64,000 bases of DNA from Lama guanicoe. Lineage: Eukaryota. The stretch is taken from contig MU055269.1 in the NCBI GenBank assembly GCA_013239625.1, forward strand, positions 2,968,441-3,032,440, written 5' to 3'. Every line of letters starts with the position of its first letter. The first letter of the stretch is position 1. The notes under the pieces were generated by a model that was not told where the DNA came from, ran no database searches, and saw only the letters and a list, made by a program, of their open reading frames with translations. The translations under genes were made by a program, and so were the position numbers. Positions 51,016 to 63,577 of the stretch are shown here, piece by piece.

Positions 51016-52179
51016 GTCGGCGTAAGGGCGACTTTACACAAACACAGGTTTGATTTTACTTGAGTCCCTGCCTGCTGTGCAGGGTTAGAGGCTTGTGTCT
51101 GAGAATCTATGACTTAGATTTTCCAAGTAAGCTATTGAAAAATCAAAATAATATCCCAGAAGGCAGCAAGTCCAGCCTCAGCCTGGGGACCTCTCCCTGC
51201 CCTCTGCCCCGCCGCAGCTTCTCCTGCCTAACCCTGAGGCTGCAGGGCCGCCTGGCTGTCCCCCACTGCCAGGGTGGGGACTCGCAGGAGGGAAGGTGTC
51301 CAGGCTCGCAGGCCAGCGGGAGGGGCGCCCAGGAATCTGAACATGGGCGTCCATTTGGAAAATGAAACAGTTACAGGACAATGAAAACAACGTGTGGACG
51401 GTAGAATGTCCCAGACGCGGGAGCTGCGTCCAAGGCCAGGAAGATGGTCGGGTCTCTGAGACTAAAACTCAGGTCGGGCCCCCCGCTCAGCACCTCTGCC
51501 AGTGTGCGGAGTTGCCTGCGGGTCTTCTCTCCCCCTCCCCCAGACTGCCTCCTACCTGTGGCCCTGATCCCCGCCTGTCCTGGGCCCATCCGCCATCCTC
51601 TCCTCTGCACCTCCTCCCTGGGCCAGTCTCGCTGCCCCTCACGCTGTGCTCGGCCCCACTCAGGACGCCTTCATCCCAGACGTTCCCGTTGGGCCTGACA
51701 TTCTCCCCATTTCATCCTGCCATTGGTTGGTTTGCCACTAACAACCGAAGTTCTCAAGCATCCTCTCTCCCCAGCGTTACTTCCCCGCCACCATCTCACT
51801 ACTTAACCTTTACAACCTGCTTTTCATCTCATATTTCTATAAAAGCTGCCTCCTTCTCAGTCATTTCTGAGTGCCAGGTCTGATTAAATGTCTCGGTCTG
51901 CCCGGCCTTGACCTTCCTGCAGTGGTTAGCAGCCCTGAGCGATGCCCCCTGGAGCCTTCTGCACCCTGGTTCTGGGGAGCCCGCACAACCCTGGCTTCCC
52001 ACCCACCATGGTGTCTTCTCTGCGTTCTCAGTGGGCTCCATACGGGTTCCTCCTCCCACACCCGCCCTTGGTGATCTCAACAGCTCTCTCTTTCTACGAT
52101 GTTTCCATCTTTGATAAAAACGGCTCACACTCGGTGACGACTGACTGGGCGTCCGATGTGCACTCGGAACCTCACGCAC

Positions 52180-52330
52180 GCTCTCATACTGAGATCTCGT
52201 AACAGCGCTGAGTGGGCACTGTCTTCATCCCACTTCACAGATCCGGAAGCTGTGGCTTTCCTGAGGAGTAGATGCCAGTCAACCCCCAGCAGAACAAGCA
52301 TCCGACGGGGCTGTCCTGACCCAGAGACCT
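52180..52330 (-). mobile_element. MIR fragment
   Basis: catcccacttcacagatccggaagctgtggct. Confidence 0.45.
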
Positions 52331-52519
52331 GAGCCCCGGCCTCACGGAGGAGGGTCCCCGCCCCACCCATGGGGACTCCCTCCACCTTCGCCCACCTGGG
52401 GCTCCAGCTATGACTCTCAGTGTAGTCCTCACATAGCGTCATCTCCCAGAAGCCGCTCTTCTCCTTTGTCCCCTTCCCTCAGGAAGCTTTTGCTTTTTTT
52501 TCTGCTTCTCAAAATTGTA

Positions 52520-52775
52520 CATATTCTTCAAGATCTAGTTAAATGCTGCCTTCGTGAACACTTCCTGAATCTAAACCAGAAAATCCTGGCCGTGCTGCTA
52601 AATTTCTGAACGAGTCTGCACCTCTTCCAAGCACCGCAAATACAATTTTTTTTTACATTCCTCACCTTCTCTACTGTATTACAAACTTTTTTGAAAGCAC
52701 AATCTGTCTGCATCTTTAATATAGCACCCAGCATACAGAGGGGACTCACTATTTTTTAAATGAATGACTCAAGAC
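52520..52775 (+). mobile_element. L2 3' end fragment
   Basis: tcttcaagatctagttaaatgc...tagcacccagcatacagag...aaatgaatga. Confidence 0.55.
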
Positions 52776-54234
52776 AATAGAAGTCAGAATCCTTCACTCT
52801 TCTAAGACCCTCTCTGCTCTTGGAGAATCATAGATAATTTACTTTTATTACATTTTAAAGAGCATAAAATCAGCTTACACATAGATAAAACCAAGCTCAC
52901 CACATGCACAGAATAATTATGAAGTCAATAAAACATTCCGCAATCTTAAGAACACATGTCAATAACCCTGCCGAGAGAAGCCAGGATCCGTCACACGGTT
53001 CGTGGTCCCGGGAGGTAGTTAATATTCCAGGCAAATTTGAGCAGGTTGGTGATGTGATTTAGCTGTCTCAACCGTGCTGAGTGATCGCCTCCTCAGATCG
53101 AGGAGCGGGATGGCGAAGAAAACAAAATCACTGCTCTCACCTTCGATTTCCTCACCCCGTCCATGACAGTTGTGCGTTTCTGTGTGCGTTTTCCACGGCT
53201 CAGGATTAGCCGGTGTGACAGGGGGTTTTAATCTGTGGTTCCACCCATGAGCACATACAATACATGCAGCTCTCTCAGCACAAGCCCTGATTTTGGAAGA
53301 TTACAAATTACAGGACCACAGGCAATAGCCACACAGTTTAGGTCCGAGATGTCCGGTCATGACGCGGAAGTGGGAGGCGGATACAGCCGGTGTCGTCTGA
53401 CAGCTGTCCTGGGACACACGCGGCACCCTGAGCTCCGTCTCCAGGATGTGACTTCGCATGGGGATGGTCACACCCTCCTGTCAGGCGGCTGTGCGGGTGA
53501 AGGGGACGAGAGTGCTCAAAACGCCCAGCAGCCCACCTGCCAGAAACGCTGGTTTCCTCCCTCTGCTCTTCCTCCTTGTATTCAAACCTTTCAGTCTCTC
53601 TGTTAAAGGCAGGGCGTTTCAAGTCCCCGGTTTCCAGTCTCTCCATCTGCAAAGTGGAAGCAGTAGCATTATTTGTTACTTCCGTGCTGACCACTGCGTG
53701 CGAAGCCGCTTTCTCCATCACTGGCAGCTACACGGACGCTGCTCGCTGTCTGAGCCCCATTATGGGTGTCCTCTCTGCTCTTCTCTGAAATGCTGCTTGT
53801 GTGACCCGCATGTGTGTGACTGTGAGCTGAAACACCAGTTTAAACGTGGGTTTTGGTGTGCTCACCAAAGCTTGAAGCAAACACACAAAACATCCTGTCC
53901 AACTGCAGTTGGACAAACGCTCGGCGTTGGACGAGCCTACCTGCTAACGGTGGTGGCAGGACAGGACTGAGACCTTGGAGAGGCGGCGCTCTGGCTTCTT
54001 CCCTCTCTGAAACGTTCTGGAAACTAACGCACCAATGACTTCAGTGCCAACAGCCCAAGTCGTTCATTTTTCTCAAATATGTTTGAAAGTTGACTTTTAG
54101 AAATGCTTTCCGTCTGGATCAGTGAGTGCGCTGTGAGTGCTGAACTACCAAAAGATCTCTCATGAGAACAGCACTCGGCTTCCATACTGAAAGGGCTAAA
54201 ATGCCAAATTCGGCTTTTCAGGGATAAGATCGAT

Positions 54235-54350
54235 CGCTGCCCATCGGACTGAACAAGGAGCTCCCTTGAGGAAGCCGACCTCTTCCGTCCTCTTTCCAGG
54301 GCCCGGCAACAGTGGGAGCACAAAGTGTTGGTTGAATGAACGGGTGAACG
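54235..54350 (+). mobile_element. L2 3' terminus fragment
   Basis: gagctcccttgagg...ccagggcccggcaacagt...gttgaatgaac. Confidence 0.5.
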
Positions 54351-57130
54351 GTTGAGATTTCTCCTGGTCCCTGGAGAGAGGGTGCTCGGTTTCCCAGCCC
54401 CGCCATCTCTTCGCGTGGAGGTCACTGTCTCCTGACCCGTGAGACCGGGGACGGGCAGTCAGCCTGACCGAGTTCTCCCTCACAGCATCAGATTTTAATT
54501 TCAGAGTGGGAAAGAAGATGTTTTCAAACAAGCTATAAGTAGACAGTTGGAGAATTTGGTGGAAATAGGGGAAAAAACGTTAAATGTTAAAAGGATGTTA
54601 TTTGGGAGAACAATGAGTAATTGGATGCATTCAGCGAACCAAAAGGCTATATGAGTATTTTATTACTTAAATAATATAATTACATAAATCAAAGCGCTAA
54701 TTTGGTTGGGACAATGCACATTCAAAAGGGAATGGGAGATGGTTCTTTTCTCAGAACTGCTCTCAAAATACTGGTAGAAAAAATGAAAGAATATCTAGCC
54801 ATGCATCTGAGCCACCGTGGTAGCCCCCCTCCCAGCTCTAGTAGAAACTGTCTCATCAGTGTCAGCGTTTTCGTAATTTCTAATCTGTAGTTAACAAGTA
54901 CATAACGAGTCTATATGGAGCTTTTTGAAGCATACTCTTGTCTAGTTGCCTAATTTTTATAAAAATCCAACAGACATTAAAACAGGCAAACTTGAGGTGG
55001 TAACACCAATATTCAAACTTCTACCGCAGTCTTGAAGCCAGGCCATCATGTACATAGTCAAGGCTGTGTCTCTTGATTTGACTTCATAACAGAGCACGTG
55101 ATAAAACATAACTTTCATTGCAGACTATTATATGTGTCTTAAGAGAAAATCTATCCAAATGAATACTTCACTGTATTGCGATTCTTTTTTCTTTGAGAGG
55201 ATTCATTTGGACACAGATTTTTAAAGCTCGGAAATGAGGAGTTTAGGATAAAAGGAAAATCAGAAGAAAAGAACAGAAAGAAGCGGGGAAGGGAGGCAGG
55301 GGAGAAGGATAGAAAGGAAAAGCGAAGAAAGCAGACAGAACTGAATCTGTCCTGAGTGCAGCTGGGCGTGTCTGCTTGACTTAAATGACCTGAGAGGTCT
55401 CAAAAACAGATCGGAAAAGCTAATTACTTTTTTTTCTAAATCATATGAAGAAAAAGTGATTAAGCGGGTCAGATTTCCTTGTAGCCATTTCTGAGACAGT
55501 ATAAAAAAACTCTCAAAAGTTTGCAAACTTGCCAGGCGGCTTCACGAAGGCTGTCATCCTGGCAATGTCCTTTTCCGTAGTGTTCAGTCACTCAGATCAC
55601 CTTTTCCGTACTTGCCCGTTATTCTGGAAGAACATCACAGATAACAAAATATGTTAAACACAGAGTAAGAAGCCTGTGGCTTTGGGAAAAGATTTCTGTG
55701 CTTGATATCCTTAACTCAAGGGCTGAGTGAGATTCTGTCATCAAAACGGAGTCTGGGCCGTCACCTCCATGAACAGTGTCCCAGAGAAGTGGGGGCTTCT
55801 GCAGGTGACAGGTGGCCTATGAGACGGACCTAAGCCGTAATATGGTCCTCTGTGGAGCACGCGTCTGCAGTTGGTTCCTTGGGGATGGAGACAGATCAGT
55901 TATGTCATCCAGCTGGTGGGGGTGGAGACAGGCTGGGGCCAGAGGACACGGACCTTGGCCATCTACCTCTGTCTTCTGTGACCCAGGAAGCACTCAGGAC
56001 TGCACTACAGTGTCCGTCACTTCTTACCAAAGAGGGTGGATTATGACAGTTTGAGAAATACTCTCAGGAGAATCTCAGAGCTGGGGTGTCCTCCAGACTC
56101 CACAGACACTCTTGTTAACTCTCCCAGAGAAGTATCAGCTGAGTAAGTTATTTGTTACATTCGAGTGGTTATCAAATAACATGCGTTCCTGGAGCATAAA
56201 GATTGCTTCCTAGAAGAATGAGAAGTAATCCTTCCTTTTAACATTTTCACCTTTCTTCTGCTCATCCAATTCTCAGTCTAGTTTTGACTCATTTGGAATA
56301 ATGTGAAATACTTTAAAGTCACTGAAGCACTTAGAAAATACGCAATTGTATTTATGCAGTCAGATGTTTGCCATTCTGAGCAGAGGGGTGTGGGAGTGGG
56401 AAGACTTAAAAACTAGCCCAAAACAGACAGTATCAAGAAAAGTTCATCAGGACCTTCACGGACGTGGACACTGCCTGGTGGTGCTACCCATCAGCCTGTG
56501 CAGGTCATAGAAGGAAGAAAGAAGGCAGTGAAGTGCATTAGGATACAAGGGAGAGGAGCGAAGTCGGCCGAAACAAAGGCTGCTTCCAGGTCAGAGGGGT
56601 GAGGGTCGGTCCCTTTGCCTCTTTCCGTTTATACTGATGGGGGCGCGCAGGCCAAAGGCCCAGCGCGTTCTCAGGACCACCAGCCCGGGGAGGGGGGGCT
56701 CCGAGACCCCACGTCGGCGCCAGAGAGAAAGTGAACTGGAGCAGAATTTCACACCTGTGTTTCTCTGCCCCCGCAGCAGTGGTCGCTCTGCGCTGGCTCT
56801 GGCGGGCGGCTCCGCGCCTCCCAGGAGAACCCTCCTCCGGGCGCCCTGAGAGCTGACTTTCCTGCTCAGACCGCCTCTGCGAGATCTTCATCCTTCCCTT
56901 TGACACGCGTCCCCTCCGGTTCTCTCCCAGCCTTCTCCCAGTGAGCGCGAAGGAGCCGAATCACCCAGGGAGGCCCCGAGAGCCCCTCTGCTCCCATGCT
57001 CCTCCCAGGACGCCGCATCCCCGTCACGCGGGGAGTCTTCTCCTGATGTAAGTGGCCAAGCGGCCTTGGCAGAGGCCGCCCGAAGGGCCGGGCCTGCGGC
57101 TCCGAGTCTAGGTGGCCAGGCGCAGGTGCT

Positions 57131-57313
57131 TGGGGGTGTGGTCCCAGAGGAGGGGCGTGGCCACAGTGGAGGGTGTTGCCATAGTGGAGGGGTGTGGTCC
57201 CAGTGGAGGGGCGTGGCTGTGGGTGGGCGGGGCATGGTCACAGAGGAGGGGCGTGGCCATAATTAAGGGCGTGGTGATGGTGGGGGCACGGTCATGGCGG
57301 AGGGGCATGGCCA
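57131..57313 (+). repeat. G-rich minisatellite, about 10 copies of about 19 bp (consensus GGGGCGTGGCCACAGTGGA)
   Basis: Units ggggtgtggtcccagagga, ggggcgtggccacagtgga, gggtgttgccatagtgga and so on. Confidence 0.9.
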
Positions 57314-57439
57314 GAGAGCACCCACTGGTCTGAGCACCTCTGTGGCCACACTTGCCCGTGGGGTCTCAGCCAGTCCAGGCCACAAGCCACCGCGATGAGC
57401 CTTCCCGGCTTTATGTCCTCTTGGGAAAAACAAACCTGG

Positions 57440-58640
57440 ATTTGTGGTTTGAATTGTTTTGGTAGCATATTAATGAAGAATGCTCTGCTGGAAACAAGAT
57501 GAAAATATGCCTTTAATAAGGACATTTTCCAACACCACAGACCGAATTTGAGCCACTGAGTGATGACGCACTAGGAATTTCTCTTAAAAAATGAAGAAAG
57601 GGCAGAAAAAACCCTTTCCACGTTCGGTGTCCTCTTGATGTGTGTTCAACATATTTCTTTAAAGTTTTTTACTGTTCTTTCTTCAAAGACGACTCAGTTT
57701 AATAGAAATGTTTTACAATTGCTGAATGTATAATATTGTTTATAAGAGGGAATTACAAAGAATGGATATATACCAATAAAAATGGCATATTAGGGATTTT
57801 TTTAATTCTCAAAGAAGAAATAATAACAAAATAATGTCTTCATAATGGGGGTGGGTGGGGAAGAGGAGAAAGCAAAGTTAAAATAAAGAAAATAAAAATT
57901 CGACAATAACCAAATGTACTAAAATGTGTTTTTTCCCTNNNNNNNNNNNNNNNNNNNNNNNNNNNNNNNNNNNNNNNNNNNNNNNNNNNNNNNNNNNNNN
58001 NNNNNNNNNNNNNNNNNNNNNNNNNNNNNNNNNNNNNNNNNNNNNNNNNNNNNNNNNNNNNNNNNNNNNNNNNNNNNNNNNNNNNNNNNNNNNNNNNNNN
58101 NNNNNNNNNNNNNNNNNNNNNNNNNNNNNNNNNNNNNNNNNNNNNNNNNNNNNNNNNNNNNNNNNNNNNNNNNNNNNNNNNNNNNNNNNNNNNNNNNNNN
58201 NNNNNNNNNNNNNNNNNNNNNNNNNNNNNNNNNNNNNNNNNNNNNNNNNNNNNNNNNNNNNNNNNNNNNNNNNNNNNNNNNNNNNNCTCTGAAATAATGA
58301 CATGCTGCTTTTAGACAATTTCTTAGACTAATGGGTTGTGAGGAGGGAGGGGGCATGAACATGCATTTTACTTTATTTCTGTGACATACTTCGACTGATT
58401 ATAAATCTACACGGAAGGAAAGATTGCAAATATTTACCAGATCTTTTAGGATGATATCCATACAAAGCTACATTTCTTTTTCTCAGTCCTTAGAAGAGGT
58501 TAATGTAAACATTTCCTTTTTTGCCAAAATAGTCTTATTTTTTTAATGTTCCTTTTTGCAGCATACTTGACTCATAATTGGCCATAAGAGAAAAATATTT
58601 GTAGGAACAATTGCCTTTGATTTTCTATGAAATAACTCAA
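57440..58640. promoter_or_regulatory. Large candidate CNE around the longest N-run
   Basis: 1.2 kb AT-rich and repeat-free; attaatga, ccaataaaa, cttcataat, taatgaca, ctaatgg, cataattggcc. Confidence 0.7.
57939..58286. other. N-run, 348 bp
   Basis: Counted directly. Confidence 0.98.
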
Positions 58641-60239
58641 GAGAGTATAATAAGATATACTAATAGAATTTGAGAACAGGACGTGTGGGCCACTGCGAAT
58701 GCCTCAGGAAAGAGTCGGTACCTTGGAGGACAGGTGACTGTCCCCTTCCCAGGGGCCAGGAGCTCAAGGAAGGGGAGACAGTTCAGCCTTCGGAGTGCAC
58801 TTTGAGGAGAATTGGGCAAGCACCGAGGTCCCTGGGGATGCCCAGGTGAGGCAAAGAGGGCCATGCAGTCCACTTCCCAAGAGATGCCAAGACAAGGTCC
58901 TCACCCCGCCTGCCCAGTGCCAAGTTCAGGAGCCCAGGAGGGAGAAGGGAGGGCGGGAAGGGGCACAGGCCTGTCAGAGTGGCCTCGTGGACGCCAGTGG
59001 ATGAAGTGGCCTCTGTCCACGTGGTGCGAGAGGTCCCCGAGCACAGGACACAGCCCTTCCCGTCCCTCACCTGTCATGGCTCTGAACTCAGTAGTGCGCA
59101 GAGAGTGAGGGGGGAGGGTGTGCAGTGCCCTTGGCTGGAGGGAGAGCCACAGGAGCAGGTGCCCCGGGATGTGGCCTCCCCAACACGGGTCTGAACAAGG
59201 AAGACCATGAGGGAGGGCACCGGGCAGCCCTCCATGGCCACAAGCCTCCCGGGACCAGCGCCTTTCTCCGCGGGCCAAGAGCCTGGTGATGTTTCCCACG
59301 CAGCAGACACAGCACCGCCAAGCAAGCTGGGAGGTGAGCGTGACCTTGACGCCTGCTGAGCTCGGTCAGAGTGGACCAGTGACCGATGCGTAAGCTTTCG
59401 AAGCCCTCAGCTCGTCCAGTGGCCACTGTCACTCCATATCGATGAGAAAATCATGCTCACGGGCTGTCCACCAGCACTGACCTACTGCTCATCGCTGGTC
59501 ACTGCTTTGATAATTACAGAAAGTCTCATGTATCACACAGAAGCCGTTCTGGTTCCTGCCACAGCCGTCAGCTCACGGAGCGGCCATCCACCGTCCCCCC
59601 TGTGGGGGGGGGTTGCAGAAGGCTGACCCCTCGGCCCACCCTTCAGACCCTCAGCACGCTCAAGGTGAGCTGGGCAGAGCATCACCCTGGACTCGCAGAC
59701 CGATGGTCCTCCCTGGGGCCCCTGCCGGGGAGACATTGGGCCTGGAGACTCGGTGCCCGGCCAGCCTAGGCCAGTGGCTGAGGGCAGGGATCCCTGTCAG
59801 GTTGGGGTCAGCCAGGCCTAGCAGCGGACCGGCGAGCCCACAGCCGACCACGGGCTGGCCTCTCCCCAACTCCCCGCAGGCAGACTGCAGCCCTGCTGGT
59901 GCAAGGGGCCAGCAGAAGGTGGGGGCAGATCCTTCCCCGTCTCCAGAGACCAGAGAAGCACACCGTGGAGGGTGGACAGGGCCCGGCAAGGCCTCTGCTG
60001 GCTTCATGAGACAGAACAGGCTGCCAGGCGCAGGGAGGGCCTTGCCTGCGGTCAGGCTCACACTCTGGCCTCCCGCCCCTTCAGAGCACCGCCCTGGCCT
60101 CGCGGGGCCGCAGAGGACCTCATCTTCACGACCCCATCTTCCTGCAGTTCTGGTAATTCTGAGCTTTCTCTCCTCAGAGGCCTGGCCCAGCCCCCAGCCC
60201 CCTGTTTTATGAGATCTGCTGAGACCACATCTCGAGGGA

Positions 60240-60420
60240 GCATGTTTGAAGGTGTCAGTCAAATTGATGAAAGAAAGAGACAAATTCATTAATTAATTCC
60301 CTCCTGAGACGAGTTCTTGCTGCCAACCTTACGCTCAGAGTGGATTTTTATGGTTGAGTTATAAATCCCTCACAAGTGGGGCTTCGTACAGACAAGCTGT
60401 CAGAGGTTTAAATGCCACCC
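60240..60420. promoter_or_regulatory. Short candidate CNE
   Basis: tgtcagtcaaattgatg, cattaattaatt, tttttatgg, ctgtcag in a GC-rich background. Confidence 0.45.
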
Positions 60421-63400
60421 AGCCATGGGTGCCTGGGGCCGTCGTAAACAGGGCGTCCGCTCAGGGCCTCCTGGGTGAACTTGGAGCCAGATCTTTGGCA
60501 AATCTTCCAAAAGATCATAGTTTTAATCACCAGACTCTGCAGTGCTACCTGCAGTCCCCAGACACCCAGTGGGTCCCTCGTGGCTAAGAGGACGGAGTGG
60601 CCGTGGCCACCCCACGGGGTGGACGGTAGGGCCGCTCAGAACCGGGCCCATCCCAGAGCCCAGACATCTGGGCTGCAGCCCTGCACCCACCGCGGGCCAG
60701 CCTCCCGGGGGGCTGCGTGGGGAAGGCACCACAGACACCCAGGACAGGCCCTCTGCCCTCCCGGGGAGCACAGGACGTACTCAGCTGTCTCTTTTATGAG
60801 AGTTCTGTGTCTGCCGCCATCAAAGGGAGCGAGAGGCCGTCTGGAAGAAAGGCCAGGACCCCTGGCCAGACGGTTTCTGGGTGAAAATCTTGAACCCCTG
60901 GTCGCACCCACCCAAACCCTGCCTGACTGCTGTCTGTGAAGTCAGGAAAGCTCACACTCCCAGGAAGAAGACTGGTCCTGGGCCCGCGGGCAGAGCCCAC
61001 ACCTGGCCCCACTCTTCACGCCTCATCCTTGTGTGACTTGAAGGTCCATGAAGGTCCAACCGTCTCCCTGCAGAGCCCGGCGGCCCGACCTCCAGAGTCA
61101 CCTGACCTCTGTGAAACAAATGGACACAAGTTCAGTTTCAACAAAATATGTCCGAACACAGCACGGCCGTGCATGGACGACAGGTGGTGAATAGTTGACT
61201 TGATGTGGCCGCCCTCCACCTGGCTGGGACCGTGTCGGGATGGACAAACCACCGGCTGTTAGTCCAGGTGCGGAGAGGGTCCTGGGTCAGGAGCCATTGG
61301 ACGCATTGACCTGAACCCCACGGCGGGCTCCGCGCCAGGTGGGCACCCGCGTCCTCCCCAGCAAACACACACTGTACTCCAGTTCCTGGGGAGGCAGGCC
61401 GTGGGCGCGAGGAGGGAGCCTCTGCCCCGATGGGTAATGAAACTGATGCTGCTGCCCTCGATGGAGAGCGTATTGACCACGGCCAAGCCGGGCTGCTCAC
61501 GGCCTTCCTGTCATCGCACGGGAGAATCTTTATCTCTCGTTTAAAAAGGCCAATAGCGCCCCGCGCCATGGCAGTTATCAGCAGCCCCTCCAGACGGGTG
61601 AGTGAGCCGGCGCCTGGCAGGGCTGAGAGCGGTGGGGGTGGGCGGCTAGAGTTAAACCAGAGTAACAGGTTTGCAGCAACAGCCGCCTGCCTGCCGAGGA
61701 TCCCCTGGTGGGAGAGGGGCCGTGGGTGGGGCCGGGAGGAGCCGGGAAGAGGGGGCGCTGGCTGGGGGGACCCGATCTTGCCCCTGCCCTGCGTGCGAGG
61801 CTGAGGCCTTGCCCACCGCCCGAAGTAACACTAGGCCCCCTCCCTTCAGACGCCCAGAGGCCACGGTGATGGAAGCCCCGTCCAGTGTGGACCCCGTGGG
61901 ACGGTCTCTGCTCTCCCCTCCCCCACTGCCGCCCCCCGACCCCAGCCCTCCATCAGGGTCGCTTGCTGACAGCACCCCGGTCCTTGTGCCCTCAGGACCG
62001 GAGGGCGGTTTCTTTCTGTTCTGAGTGTGAGTTTTCAGTATGTTCTTTTTCTTTGCGTTTCTTTATTTTCCCAAATGAAATGTAATACAAACCGGAACCA
62101 TGCCCAGAATCTGCAGGATGGAGAATTTTCCTCTCCTCTGATTCCCAGTTTCTAGAATAATAGCATTTCACTCACACATCCCGTGGGGAACCATCAGTGT
62201 CTCCCCGTGTCTGGGGACGGATGGGGCACTGGGCTGGGCGGCGAGGGCAGAGCTGGGGGGAGCCGAGCCCCGTGAACCCCGGCCTCCGTTCCCAGCGCGT
62301 CCCTGCGGCTCATGGCCTCTGGGCCCCGTGTCTGGTCGCATCCCCATCTGCCGCTGCTCTCCGACAGCCTTCCTGAGACCCCAGCTCATGATACTCCTCC
62401 CGCCGGGTGTCAGCCCAGCACAAAGAGCCCCTACTCCTCCGCAGAAGCCGGGAGACAGCTCTGGCCCCGGCACCAGCAGCAGCTCCCCCTTGAAGCGCCT
62501 GGCATCTCCCCATGATTTCCTGGATGTAACTGCTGGGCAAAGAGCGTCATCTCTGTCTGAATTTACCGCACAAGATGAGCCATTTTCTCTAATGGCATCC
62601 CCTCGGTAACAGGGAGGTTGCGGGCAACAACGCCTACACAGCAGAGCTGTCAGTGGAGCGTGCGAGCCGCTGTAAGGCTGTCTTGTCCTGATCCCGCGCG
62701 CCCTTCGGCCCGTGCTCTCTCACATGCATGCGAGAAGTTTCTGCGCGGCTTTTCTCACACATCCCACTGTCCAGGTGGTTCTGAGACAAGCTGGGGCTTC
62801 TTTCACTCCTTCGTTCTTTTTCAACTGCAATCAGTAGACGTTGCTTCTCGAATCATCTTCCCTTGAGACCCAAAGCAAGCTGGACTCAGCGGCGCCCTCA
62901 CCTCCCGGGATGCGCTGGAACACACAGGCCGGCCGCGATGACCCGAACCCACGGTCCCGGCTGCGGAGGCTGGCGGGGTTGTTCCCCAGCCAAGACCCTG
63001 CCCAGCTGGCACCAGGCAGAGGCACATCCCTCCCCTGCCCCGCCATCCTTTCCCGCAGCTGCCCCAAAACAGTCGTCTCTCCTGTGACTCCGTGGAGCAG
63101 AAGCCACCACACCAAGGACAGGAGCGCCCTCCGAAGGGTGGATGTGCCAGACCCTCACGGAGATGGAGGCACAGGAGGGGAGGGAGGCGCCATCACAGGG
63201 GTCCTGAGAACACGGGTGGAAGGAGAAAGGCTCCCGAGATCCCTGGAGATGTTCACACCCTGCTTTCCCCCAAGAAATGCCTGCTTCTGCCGCGTCTCAC
63301 CTTCAACCTCCCCCTCCCACAGGGAACATCAACCCCTCCCTCCGGGCTGCAGGAGCCCCCAGCCCTCCCGCTCTGCTTTGCAGGACTGTGGGCGCACCCC

Positions 63401-63459
63401 AGCCCCTTGGCCTCACCACGTCTCCAGCCCGTTTGAGGCGGAAACCCTCAATCTCTTTA

Positions 63460-63577
63460 TACTTTTTTAAAAAAATTTTGGGGGGGAAGGTATTTATTTA
63501 TTTATTTGTGCTGGGGATTGAACCCAAGACCTCGTGCGCGCTAAGCACATGCTCCACTACCGAGCTGCCCCTCCCCC
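63460..63577 (-). mobile_element. Vic-1-type camelid SINE
   Basis: ggggggaaggtatttatttatttatttgtgctggggattgaacccaagacctcgtgcgcgctaagcacatgctccactaccgagctgcccctcccc, including the characteristic AATA/C-run tail. Confidence 0.92.

Noticed and set aside
57131-57313. CRISPR-like array
   Set aside because: Degenerate head-to-tail units without unique spacers; eukaryotic context; no cas genes
57878-58362. ORFs spanning N-runs (also 126-317, 24889-25811, 41796-42098, 47245-47512)
   Set aside because: Artefacts of translating Ns as X
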